A stretch of 64,000 nt of DNA from contig JAHLVW010000074.1 in assembly GCA_019058275.1 (NCBI GenBank), positions 34,780 to 98,779 of the forward strand. Reading direction: 5' to 3'. Every line of letters begins with the position of its first letter. Positions within the stretch are counted from its first letter, which is position 1. Shown piece after piece: positions 1 through 9,227 of this stretch. Origin of the DNA: Candidatus Heimdallarchaeota archaeon. GTDB lineage: Archaea; Asgardarchaeota; Heimdallarchaeia; JABLTI01. A program made the translations under genes and the position numbers. The notes beneath the pieces were generated by a model, which made no database searches, was not told the DNA's origin, and saw only the letters and a list, made by a program, of their open reading frames with translations.

Positions 1-1
1 A

Positions 2-271
2 TTGAGTAGAAAATAAATCTTGATATGATTCGCATAAGTCATTTGTTGTAAAGTAAGAACCCATTCCATAAGCAGTAGAAATAAGTAATTTTACACGATC
101 ATAAACAGATAAATCCAATGCATCTTCTATTGGAATATCTGGTGAACCTTCTAAATCACTTGTTCTTTTTCCTAAAATATTATTGGCAGAAACAATTAAA
201 GTTTTAAGGCTTTTTTCATTTAATGTGCCTTCAAATGTTATTGTGATTTTGTTTTCTTGATCGTCACTCAT
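2..271 (-). CDS. Hypothetical protein, possibly winged-helix (3' end runs off the window), divergent from the origin
   Basis: Not in the ORF track. Manual translation from ATG at 271: MSDDQENKITITFEGTLNEKSLKTLIVSANNILGKRTSDLEGSPDIPIEDALDLSVYDRVKLLISTAYGMGSYFTTNDLCESYQDYFLLN..., open to the window edge. Confidence 0.7.
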   Translation of the reverse strand, partial: MSDDQENKITITFEGTLNEKSLKTLIVSANNILGKRTSDLEGSPDIPIEDALDLSVYDRVKLLISTAYGMGSYFTTNDLCESYQDLFSTQ

Positions 272-308
272 TTCAACTTTAACTTTTCTCTTACTCAATA
301 GCTATATC

Positions 309-755
309 TCCAATAGATATAAGGGTAAGTTTACTTATAATTAGTTCTAATATATAGATATTACGAAGATATTTTTGTATAATTATTACCTGTTATTGTA
401 TTTTATCTTAGACCCGTTAATTTCTATTGGAAAAAAATGCTTTATTATTTTTAAAAATGTTTATTTAAATAGACAAAAGATTAATATATTAAAAAGAATC
501 TTAGGTACCAAACTGAAATTTGTTAGTATAATAATTATTAAAGAAATTATTACTATAGAAAAAAAATCTCTTCTCCATTAGAAGAGAAGGGGAGATTAAG
601 AAATAGGTTCATTTTTATGTAAATAGTTCTATAAATTGTGAATATCTTTACTTTATAGATCATTTTATTTGAATTATAGTGTTAATTACTCAATCTCTCA
701 ATGAAAATACTATTCATATCTTTAACGTTTTTAAAACCCCTTAATTTCCACTGGA
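309..755. other. oriC: Putative chromosomal replication origin (oriC): four ORB elements flanking AT-rich spacers
   Basis: ORB-like boxes: TCCAATAGATATAAGGGT (+,309-326), TCCAATAGAAATTAACGGGT (-,412-431), TCCATTAGAAGAGAAGGGG (+,574-592), TCCAGTGGAAATTAAGGGGT (-,736-755). They match the archaeal TCCAnTGGAAAnnAAGGGG pattern, with G-strings facing inward in pairs. Adjacent to oapA/oapB. Confidence 0.8.
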
Positions 756-1080
756 AAACACATAGCAGATTGGATATTAGTTGTTTTGTTCACATATTCA
801 CAGAAAAGTTGTGAATTCACGCGAAATAAGGAGAAAATTGTTATTTTGTGAAAAGAAGGAAGGAGAATCCTTCTTTTTCATTAAAAATAAATTAGATTTT
901 AGTTATTTACCTGTATCTTTAAGCTATTTACCCAAAGAATAATTTTTTTATAAAAGAAAATTGTTAATTTCTTAGGTAATTATCCATATATAAGAGACAT
1001 TTTTATTTGTTTATTCAATAAAATAAGCTATTTTTTTTGAGTTTTTGCTTTCTTTTTATTCATATTTCACAATTTCACTT

Positions 1081-1155
1081 GTAAATATTGTGTTCTTTGT
1101 GTATACTGTATATACTGTGTTCATGTATTTACTGTAAATCTGTGAATATATACAC
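1081..1155. repeat. Tandem array of about 8 degenerate palindromic octamers (GTRWWYAY) with about 9-bp period upstream of oapA
   Basis: gtaaatat t gtgttctt t gtgtatac t gtatatac t gtgttcat gtatttac t gtaaatct gtgaatat. Related GTGAA/TTCAC half-sites occur near 638, 787-820 and 1058-1078. Confidence 0.65.
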
Positions 1156-1256
1156 AGTTTTCTATTAAATCTTATGTGGGAAATATGTAGATAATAACAC
1201 TTCTTATGTTCTAAATTTGAAATAAATGAATTAGACTTAGTAATGGAGGACTACTT

Positions 1257-1871
1257 ATGTCTTTAAGTTGGATACAGAAGATCCTTACCAGGAAGAAAAA
1301 GAAAGATGTTAGACTTGCTTTTTATGGTGAGGTAAATGCAGGAAAAACAACATTGGCAAATAAAATTGCTAATGATCTTGGCTACGCTGATCTTGGTCCG
1401 GTTTCTGAAATTCCACATGAAACTCGAAAAGTCTTAAAGTTGGAAAATGCTCAACTTGAAAAAGATGGTGTTGAGGTAAATTTTACTTTATTGGATATGC
1501 CAGGCATTGCATCAACAGTTGACTATCGAAATTTCGTTAAATTTGGATTAACAGAATCTGAAGCAATTCAAAGAGCTAAAGAGGCTACTAAAGGTATTTT
1601 AGAAGCAATAAAAATGATAGATCAAGTTGATATTGCTTTAGTAATTTTAGATTCCACTAAAGTACCTTTTGAACAAGTTAATTTAACGATACTCGGAAAT
1701 TTGCAATTACAAAACATACCGCTTATAATTGTAGCAAATAAAATTGATTTACCTGATTCACGACCTGAATTGGTTCGACAAACTTTTTCAGGACAGACAA
1801 CTGTTGCTGTTTCAGCAAAAACTGGTGATAATGTCGACGAATTATATGATGCTATTATCAGGAGTTCATGA
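1257..1871 (+). CDS. oapA: Era-like small GTPase, origin-associated protein A
   Basis: G1 GEVNAGKTT, G2 PHETR, G3 DMPG, G4 NKID, G5 SAK. The IPHETR and RAKEATKG motifs are typical of the OapA family. GGAGG Shine-Dalgarno (SD) site. Confidence 0.85.
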   Translation: MSLSWIQKILTRKKKKDVRLAFYGEVNAGKTTLANKIANDLGYADLGPVSEIPHETRKVLKLENAQLEKDGVEVNFTLLDMPGIASTVDYRNFVKFGLTESEAIQRAKEATKGILEAIKMIDQVDIALVILDSTKVPFEQVNLTILGNLQLQNIPLIIVANKIDLPDSRPELVRQTFSGQTTVAVSAKTGDNVDELYDAIIRSS

Positions 1872-1881
1872 GGTGCAAAAA

Positions 1882-2244
1882 ATGAAGTATTATATTGATT
1901 ATATTACCAAAACTGCTACAGATAAATTAACCACTTTTGAGAAAATCAAGATGATTATTCGTCTTGTAAGACAAAATAGGGTTTTAATTATTGAAAGTGG
2001 ATTATCTCCTGAGGAAGAAGCTGAATTAATTAAACAAACTATGATGGTTATTGATTTCGATGATTTTATTGGAGTAGATTTCTTTAATTGGGATCGCAAT
2101 TGTAAAGAATCAAAACGATTTTTTAAGAAATCACCTCGAGTAAACGAATCTCGTTATACTGTGGTTGCTCCATCAGCACATGTTAAAGTTATCGAAAATA
2201 GTGAAGATTTACTATCAATTAGATTTGAGCCTCCTGCTCAATGA
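1882..2244 (+). CDS. oapB: DUF2073-type origin-associated protein B
   Basis: EKIKMII...VLIIESGLSPEEEAELIKQTMMVIDFDDFIGV motif, directly after oapA. True start is probably ATG 1882 behind GAGGTG, not 1744. Confidence 0.8.
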   Translation: MKYYIDYITKTATDKLTTFEKIKMIIRLVRQNRVLIIESGLSPEEEAELIKQTMMVIDFDDFIGVDFFNWDRNCKESKRFFKKSPRVNESRYTVVAPSAHVKVIENSEDLLSIRFEPPAQ

Positions 2245-2306
2245 TTTAGTAAATTTTCTTTTTTTCTTTCTAAATAGTAATATATTCCTTTTGTAGCTGT
2301 ATTCCT

Positions 2307-2825
2307 ATGAATAAATCTTTGTTACCTAAAGTTATCCTTATTTCAGGTACACCTGGTGTAGGGAAAACTACTATTAGTGATTTACTTCGTAAACAAGGAT
2401 ATCAAGTATTAAGTTTAAATGAGTTTATATTAGCAAATGGTTTGTTTTTTGGATTAGATTTATCTCGAGATAGTGTAATTGTTGATGAAGAAATTTTACA
2501 ATCAAAATTACTTGAAGAAATTAAGTGTTTTAGTGATTTACTTTTCATTGAGGGCCATAATGCTGAACTTGTACCTTCTAATAGTATTGATAGTGCTTTT
2601 GTTCTACGATGCAACTCAGGTATTTTAAGAGAACGATTGGAATCCTCTCGAGATTACTCAAAAAATAAGATTGAGGAGAATATCAATGCTGAAATTATGG
2701 ATGAATGCCTCTTAGCAATAAAATATCATCATTCATCAACCAAGGTTTTTGAAATTGACACGACTACTTTAACTCCTCATGCTATTGTTAATAAAATCCT
2801 TAATTATATAACAGAAAAAATTTAA
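2307..2825 (+). CDS. AK6/Fap7-type adenylate kinase/ATPase
   Basis: ISGTPGVGKTT P-loop, IEGH motif, LRERL..R.Y...KI.EN..AEI. Confidence 0.85.
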   Translation: MNKSLLPKVILISGTPGVGKTTISDLLRKQGYQVLSLNEFILANGLFFGLDLSRDSVIVDEEILQSKLLEEIKCFSDLLFIEGHNAELVPSNSIDSAFVLRCNSGILRERLESSRDYSKNKIEENINAEIMDECLLAIKYHHSSTKVFEIDTTTLTPHAIVNKILNYITEKI

Positions 2826-2892
2826 AATTGTCCTAAGCGTATATTGATATATTTTAATGTTTATATTTTATTATTAGTCAGAAGGTGGTTTT

Positions 2893-4818
2893 TTGTCACA
2901 AAAGAAAAGAATACCCCAATCTTCATCACCAGATAAGAAAGCTGGTAATAAATCACCTGTGAAAAAAAGAAAAATTTTCACAAAAGCCAATTTTACAAAG
3001 ATATTTCTGCCATCACTATTATTAATTGCCATTATTTTAACACCAGTACTTTTTGAGGTATTTAGTACCCGACATCAAAAAATTGATGATGTAATTGAAA
3101 ACAGATATGGCGATGACTTTAATCCTGATGATGATCGAACACCATTTATCGATATTTTTATTGATGCTGATTTAAATGATTCAGACGGTATTTTAGATGA
3201 CTTTACAAATGGTATTGATGATCCTAATAGAATCTTATTCAAGATATCTCCTACAAATGAGTATCTTTATTGGCGATTAGAAACCTATGATACTTACACC
3301 ATGGATAATTGGGATAAAAACATCACTGTTACTGAAATATCGGGTTATTCCAGCCTTCCCAGCTTTGCTGATGGTGAATTAGAAATTAGTGCAGAACTTT
3401 TATATTCTGATGGATCCTTAGTTGGTTACTTTCCTGCTCCTTATCATTATCAATACGGTGAAAGTTTTTCAAATGATATTTCATTTGATCCTATTAATGA
3501 TTGGACAACTACTAACTTATACGAAGACATGTACAATTGTAAATTAATAGAAGCACAGTTTGATAGTGATATCGGAAATACTACAGTGGACTATAATGTT
3601 TCTTATACTCTTCAAGATAATGAGTATATTAAGAACAATAGTCAAGGTTTCAGTACATTAAATTCCATTGTTTCTTCTAATCAAGTATTAGAAGATAGAT
3701 ACCTTCAAATTCCTCAGGATTATTCACTTTATGCGCCCTATACAACACAAATCGCTAACTCTTTGCTAGATACTTCCAATACAATTTACGAACAAGTTTT
3801 TCGTAATATGATTTGGCTCTCGAGTAATTGCAGTTATGACATTGAAATGCTATTTGGGAATTCTGATGATGCACCTGCAGAAGATGAAGATTATGTTGAA
3901 TGGTTTTTAAATAGACGATCAGGAACTGCTGCTCATTTTGCTGCAGCACTAGCAATGATAAGTAGAATTCAAGATATCCCATCACGAATGGTTGTTGGAT
4001 TCTCTTCAGGTGATCTTATAGGTTCTGAATTTGTTGTACGTGCACAACATATTCACTCTTGGGTAGAGGTATTTATTCCCTTATCTGGTACTATGGGTTA
4101 CTGGGTAGCTTTTGACCCTTCACCTCTGATACCCAGTATTAGAGATCAATACGGAGAAAATACTATTGGTTTTCAACCAGTATTTTATTGTACAAATGAA
4201 TTCTTTATTTCACCATTACATATGATTCCCCAACCTTCTTATCCTTATTTTGTTCCCAATCCCTTATCTGATGCTTGGTATAATGATCCATACGATCCCT
4301 CAAATTGGTATGGTCCTTATGTTAACCGATCAGATTCATTTGATATTTTTGCTTTTTTAGCTAATGGCAAAGATGAGGATTTCTTCCAATATTTATTAAC
4401 AGGTGATCCAGGTGGTTTGGAATTCGTTGAAGATGAACAAATCACATTTATTGATACTACTACTGATACAATTATGGGATCTGCTATAACTAATGCAGAT
4501 GGAAGAGCACAACTAAGTTATAACTATTCAATTTCAGACCCAAGTGGATTACATCTCATTAGTGCTGAGTGGTTAGGTATTCAGGTTCCTACTTATGATC
4601 TTCGTTACTTCCCTGTAAGTTTAATTGAAACAGGTGTAATTGTTACAGGTAGCGTGAATATTAGTTCATATCTTCCACAAGAGATGTATGAAGCAATGCA
4701 AATTCTGACTGTTCCTCAGTTAAATAACTCTTATCAATATGATTTGATTACAAATAATATTAACTTCCTAACTAGTGATTTTCTAATTTGTTCCTATTAT
4801 ACGAAAAAACCTATCTAA
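2893..4818 (+). CDS. Membrane-anchored transglutaminase-like (TgpA-type) protein lacking the catalytic Cys
   Basis: N-terminal TM helix, LYWR..TYD.Y motif, G(TA)AHFA..LA...R...IPSRMVVGF, HSWVEV, FDP. Confidence 0.75.
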   Translation: MSQKKRIPQSSSPDKKAGNKSPVKKRKIFTKANFTKIFLPSLLLIAIILTPVLFEVFSTRHQKIDDVIENRYGDDFNPDDDRTPFIDIFIDADLNDSDGILDDFTNGIDDPNRILFKISPTNEYLYWRLETYDTYTMDNWDKNITVTEISGYSSLPSFADGELEISAELLYSDGSLVGYFPAPYHYQYGESFSNDISFDPINDWTTTNLYEDMYNCKLIEAQFDSDIGNTTVDYNVSYTLQDNEYIKNNSQGFSTLNSIVSSNQVLEDRYLQIPQDYSLYAPYTTQIANSLLDTSNTIYEQVFRNMIWLSSNCSYDIEMLFGNSDDAPAEDEDYVEWFLNRRSGTAAHFAAALAMISRIQDIPSRMVVGFSSGDLIGSEFVVRAQHIHSWVEVFIPLSGTMGYWVAFDPSPLIPSIRDQYGENTIGFQPVFYCTNEFFISPLHMIPQPSYPYFVPNPLSDAWYNDPYDPSNWYGPYVNRSDSFDIFAFLANGKDEDFFQYLLTGDPGGLEFVEDEQITFIDTTTDTIMGSAITNADGRAQLSYNYSISDPSGLHLISAEWLGIQVPTYDLRYFPVSLIETGVIVTGSVNISSYLPQEMYEAMQILTVPQLNNSYQYDLITNNINFLTSDFLICSYYTKKPI

Positions 4819-5560
4819 AGTAATCTCTTTCCTCCGGTCTTATTAATGCTTTTGCTGATATTTCCTTTTGCTTAAATTTCAATCCCCTTATAACTATGAC
4901 TGCATTTCCTTCATCTGATTCCCCCATAACTAATCCTGCAGCAGAACACAATTGATCAGCTAGAGAAATCGACGATGATTTCAATTTGTATCCGAACAAG
5001 TCCGTTTTATTAATATAATTTTTTACTGGATCAATTCCCGAACATCCTATTGCTATATTAATAGCTCCAAGTCGAAATGGTCTATTATGAGTATCAGAAA
5101 TTAATACAGCTATCTTCTTCTTGCACCTATTTTGAATGTACATTCTGATTTCTTTTGCTGATTTATCAGGATTTTCCGGTAATAGAGATATTGTGTTTTC
5201 TCCCGGAACATTTGATCTATCGATGCCGCTATTTGCGCATACAAAACCATGTTTTGTTTCCGTTATTAGAACTCCATTTCGATTTTTGCAAATATTCTTT
5301 GCTTCTCTTAAAATCATCTCTACATATTTTGGGTCTTTCTTACCTTGGTTTGCTATTTCTACTGCAAATTCTGATGGCTCAACCTCATCTAAGTTAATAA
5401 TTTGCCCTTCTGCTCTCGAGATAATGGTTTGAGCTATTATTATAATATCAAAATCTTTGATTTCAGTAGCATTATTTTCAATGCCTTGTAGTATTAGCTC
5501 AGCTAAATTATCATCTTTTTTTATGATTGGAAAATTATTAATGGGGAAAATCTTCAACAT
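4811..5560 (-). CDS. cofE: Coenzyme F420-0:L-glutamate ligase
   Basis: ETKHGFVCANSGIDRSN, LLPENPDKSA, SDTHNRPFRLG, GESDEG. Confidence 0.9.
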   Translation of the reverse strand: MLKIFPINNFPIIKKDDNLAELILQGIENNATEIKDFDIIIIAQTIISRAEGQIINLDEVEPSEFAVEIANQGKKDPKYVEMILREAKNICKNRNGVLITETKHGFVCANSGIDRSNVPGENTISLLPENPDKSAKEIRMYIQNRCKKKIAVLISDTHNRPFRLGAINIAIGCSGIDPVKNYINKTDLFGYKLKSSSISLADQLCSAAGLVMGESDEGNAVIVIRGLKFKQKEISAKALIRPEERDYFR

Positions 5561-5633
5561 TTTTTATCAACACAATTCAAAATAAAAAAAATAAGATAGG
5601 ATTCTGATTTAACAGAATCTAGAAATTTATCTC

Positions 5634-6569
5634 TTAGACTGTAATTTCTATACCTAATCTTCTAACTAGTTCTTTGTATCTATTTCGTACAGTGACTTCA
5701 GTTACTGTTGCAGTTTCCGCTATTTCTCTTTGGGTTCTTCTTTCACCTTCAATAATTCCTGCAATGTAAATTGATGCTGCTGCTAATCCTGTAGGATCCT
5801 TTCCTGCTGTAAGACCATTCTCTTTTGCTTGATCTATGATTTCAATCGCTCTCTGTGCTGTATGTCCTGATAACCTAAGTTCTGCACTAAATCGAATAAT
5901 GTAATCATTTGGATTAGCTAATGGAATTCTTATTTGTAATTCCCTTATTATCAACCTATAACATCTTCCAAGTTCTTTTTTGGAAATTCTGCTATTCTTG
6001 GCAATTTCATCTAAAGTTCTAGGAACTCTTCTTATTCGTGCTGCAGCATAAACTGCTGCTGCGATCATTGCTTCTATGCTTCGACCTCGAATTAGATGTC
6101 TTTCAATTGCTTTACGGTAAATAACTGCTGCAGTTTCTTTTACAGTTCTTGGTATACCAATTTGTGAACTTAATCTGTCTAATTCACTCATTGCATAAGC
6201 AAGATTTCTATCCATTGAAGAATGAACTCTAGTTCTAATTTGCCATTTCCTTAATCTATAAATCTGTGCTCTTCTTCTAGGTGACAATTTCTTCCCGTAA
6301 ACATCTCTATCTTCCCATCCGATTTGTGTTGCAAGTCCTTTGTCATGAACGGCAAAAGATGTTGGTGATCCAACTCTACTTCTTTTATTACGTTCTTCTG
6401 AAGTAAAAGCTCTCCATTCAGGTCCTTCATCAATTATATGTTCATCAATGACAGCTCCACAATTAGTACAAATTCGTTCTCCTCTTGTTGAGTCACTAAT
6501 TATATCAGATGATCCACATTCAGAGCAAGCGACTTGTGCTTTATCTTCTTTTAAATCTTCTTTAGACAT
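5634..6569 (-). CDS. tfb: Transcription initiation factor B (canonical)
   Basis: Zn ribbon CSEC/CTNC, IDEGPEWRAF B-reader, two cyclin repeats, TQREIA...VTEVTVRNRYKEL. Confidence 0.97.
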   Translation of the reverse strand: MSKEDLKEDKAQVACSECGSSDIISDSTRGERICTNCGAVIDEHIIDEGPEWRAFTSEERNKRSRVGSPTSFAVHDKGLATQIGWEDRDVYGKKLSPRRRAQIYRLRKWQIRTRVHSSMDRNLAYAMSELDRLSSQIGIPRTVKETAAVIYRKAIERHLIRGRSIEAMIAAAVYAAARIRRVPRTLDEIAKNSRISKKELGRCYRLIIRELQIRIPLANPNDYIIRFSAELRLSGHTAQRAIEIIDQAKENGLTAGKDPTGLAAASIYIAGIIEGERRTQREIAETATVTEVTVRNRYKELVRRLGIEITV

Positions 6570-6905
6570 TCTCTAACAAACCACTCCAAATTTTGATTGT
6601 TTTCAATTATTTGTTATTTTTTACTTTCTATTAGCGATGATGTTAAATATTAGTATTATCTAAATGAACATAAAGAGCAAGCTGTGAAGAAGACTATGTC
6701 TTCTTGTTGCTAATAAAATGGCCCCACAATGTTTTTTAGTTAGTTTTTAATCGCTTCGGGAAAGATTTTTATATTACTTCTAAAGTTTTTGTTAGAACTT
6801 CATATATAAATGTTTCGAAAAAATATTTATCTAAATAATGTTTTTCCTTATAAACTACTTAATTTTAAAATTTTTTGATAGGAATTTTGGGGAAAAAGAT
6901 AAAGT

Positions 6906-6926
6906 ATAGACGCCGTAGCGTCTATT
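6906..6926 (-). terminator. Hairpin downstream of the dppC-like gene
   Basis: atagacgc-cgta-gcgtctat inverted repeat. Confidence 0.45.
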
Positions 6927-6941
6927 TATATGTTAGATTTT

Positions 6942-7979
6942 TTATTTCAGCTTTGGATCTAAAGCGTCTCTTAAAGCATCTCCCATGAGGTTAAACCCAA
7001 GGATTGTAATGAATATCATTGTTGCAGGCCAAGTAGGCATCCACCAATATGTAAGCAAGTTATCACGGTGATAAGCTAAATCATCGCCCCATGAAACTGC
7101 AGTAGCATCACCTAAACCGAAGAAAGCCAACGCTGCAATAAACATCAAAGTATTTGCTATACCTAATGTTGTAATAACAATAACAGGTGATAGTGAATTT
7201 GGTATAACATGTCTAAAGATAATCCTCGAATCTTTTGCTCCTAACGCTCTTTCCGCTTCTATAAATTCCGTATTTTTCAGCGATAAAATCGTACTTCGTA
7301 CAATTAGACTGGTTCCGCCCCAGCCAATAAGTGCGAATATCGTTATTACGATCATATAGATTCCACCTGGAACAGATCCTGCTATATCTCTGAAGATAGC
7401 AACTATAAAGATAAACAAGATAAAACCAGGCATTGCAGAAATAACTTCATTTATCCTTTGTACTATGGTATCAAAAGCTCCACCATAGTAACCTGAAAAT
7501 GCACCAATTATCATTCCCAAAATACTTGTTGTCATTTGCCCAACAAAACCTAAAACGAGTGATAATGTTGAACCAAAGAAAGTTCTAGAAAGAATATCAT
7601 ATCCTCTTGTATCTGTTCCAAAAGGATACTGTGCATTTGGTGGCAGAATTTGATCTCCAGGTATAATGTATCTTGGATGTGCAATTAAACGTAGATACTT
7701 TTCTGTTCCAGGTATCCATAATTCAATATAGTAGTTATTTTGGTCCCATGGATCTGCTGTTGGATTATTCAACCCAAATAATGCATCATATTGCTGGATA
7801 AGAAAGGCGATGATTGCAACAGCAACTAAGAAGGTAACAATATAGAAACCGAACATTCCCATCTGATCTTTACGCATTCGTCTCATAACGAGAGCCCAGA
7901 GATTAGAACCCTCTACTAATTTTATTTCTTCAAGGATTCTTGCTTCTCTATCGATGCTTGTTTCATTTACAGTAGCCAA
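6942..7979 (-). CDS. dppC: Oligopeptide/dipeptide ABC permease, DppC/OppC family
   Basis: PFGTDTRGYDILSR, EFIEAERALGA (EAA loop), RHVIPN, NLMGDALRDALDPK. Confidence 0.9.
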   Translation of the reverse strand: MATVNETSIDREARILEEIKLVEGSNLWALVMRRMRKDQMGMFGFYIVTFLVAVAIIAFLIQQYDALFGLNNPTADPWDQNNYYIELWIPGTEKYLRLIAHPRYIIPGDQILPPNAQYPFGTDTRGYDILSRTFFGSTLSLVLGFVGQMTTSILGMIIGAFSGYYGGAFDTIVQRINEVISAMPGFILFIFIVAIFRDIAGSVPGGIYMIVITIFALIGWGGTSLIVRSTILSLKNTEFIEAERALGAKDSRIIFRHVIPNSLSPVIVITTLGIANTLMFIAALAFFGLGDATAVSWGDDLAYHRDNLLTYWWMPTWPATMIFITILGFNLMGDALRDALDPKLK

Positions 7980-7995
7980 TTCTTTATCATCTCCT

Positions 7996-9048
7996 TTAGT
8001 ATCTGATTCTTGGATCGACTAGAGCATAGCTCAAATCTACCAACAATCGAAAGACTAAGAATAATCCTCCAAATATGAAGTTCGTAGCCATCATCATAGG
8101 CTGGTCTCTTTGAAGAGCACTTGTTAAGAACACACTTCCTAATCCTGGCCAACCAAAGACGCCCTCAGTCATGACAGCTCCGGCAAGCAATCCAGGTAAT
8201 GCCATACCAACTACTGTTACAATTGGTAGGAGTGCATTACGAAATGCGTGCTTGTAAATGACTGATCGTTCAGCTAAACCTTTTGCTCTAGCTGTAGTAA
8301 TATAATCTTGTCTTAATATATCTAGTAATTGTGACCTCGTTAACCTTGCCAAAAACACTAATCCTGTCAAAACTAATGTCAATGTTGGGAGTATTAAGAA
8401 AACATAAAATGTACCATTAAGTATAAACGGTTCCCGGAATGCCTCACCTTGCGTTGCTCCTGTAAAGTTGAACATATAAAATGACGCCAACATTACCAGC
8501 TTAGCCAGCCAAAACGTCGGCATTGAATACCCTATTAGTGAAGCAATAGTTACTCCTTTGTCCCAAATTGAGTATTGTCTTGTCGCTTGAACAACTCCAA
8601 TTACCGTTGCTAGTATTGTACTAATAATAAATGCTGGTGTTGTTAAGAAAAGTGTATACCACATTCTAGAGACTATAATGTCTGTTATAGGCTTTCCTTG
8701 TTTTCCATCTTCAGACCAATACCACGATCGACCAAAATCTCCTTGTAAGATTCCACTTCGTATATAATCATTATTTTCATAGGACCATCTTTTCATAAGT
8801 CCAAGCCATTGGAAATAGCGTATAACTGAATTGATTTCTTCACCATCTGCATCAAGAATTCCGATTTCAAAACCAATTTCATCATATAATATATCATAGT
8901 CTGCTTGTTCTCCTTTAAACAGCCCCATCCGTATCTGAATAGGGTCTCCAGGAGATGCTGCTATTAGTGCGAAACTTACGATCGATATACCTAGTATAGT
9001 AGGAAAGATGTATATGATTCGCCTCATTGCATAATTTCTCAAAGACAT
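7996..9048 (-). CDS. dppB: Oligopeptide/dipeptide ABC permease, DppB/OppB family
   Basis: PGDP, GDFGRS, QDYITTARAKGL, KHAFRNALLP, EGVFGWPGLG, DPRIRY. Confidence 0.9.
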   Translation of the reverse strand: MSLRNYAMRRIIYIFPTILGISIVSFALIAASPGDPIQIRMGLFKGEQADYDILYDEIGFEIGILDADGEEINSVIRYFQWLGLMKRWSYENNDYIRSGILQGDFGRSWYWSEDGKQGKPITDIIVSRMWYTLFLTTPAFIISTILATVIGVVQATRQYSIWDKGVTIASLIGYSMPTFWLAKLVMLASFYMFNFTGATQGEAFREPFILNGTFYVFLILPTLTLVLTGLVFLARLTRSQLLDILRQDYITTARAKGLAERSVIYKHAFRNALLPIVTVVGMALPGLLAGAVMTEGVFGWPGLGSVFLTSALQRDQPMMMATNFIFGGLFLVFRLLVDLSYALVDPRIRY

Positions 9049-9227
9049 TTTTTCAACATCTCTTATTTGATTTGCTTTTATAATGAAAATTTTTCATTCA
9101 TAATGATTTTTAAATTTTTATTTGTCTACTAATATATCTCTTTGCTCATATATAGGTGTTGCGACAGATGACTAAATTTAACTTTTTTATAAATTTTTAA
9201 CAATTTTTGAGTTATTTTCATTTATTT

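Noticed and set aside
375-581. 68-aa ORF in the origin region
   Set aside because: Low-complexity AT-rich translation overlapping ORB boxes, with no SD or recognisable motif.
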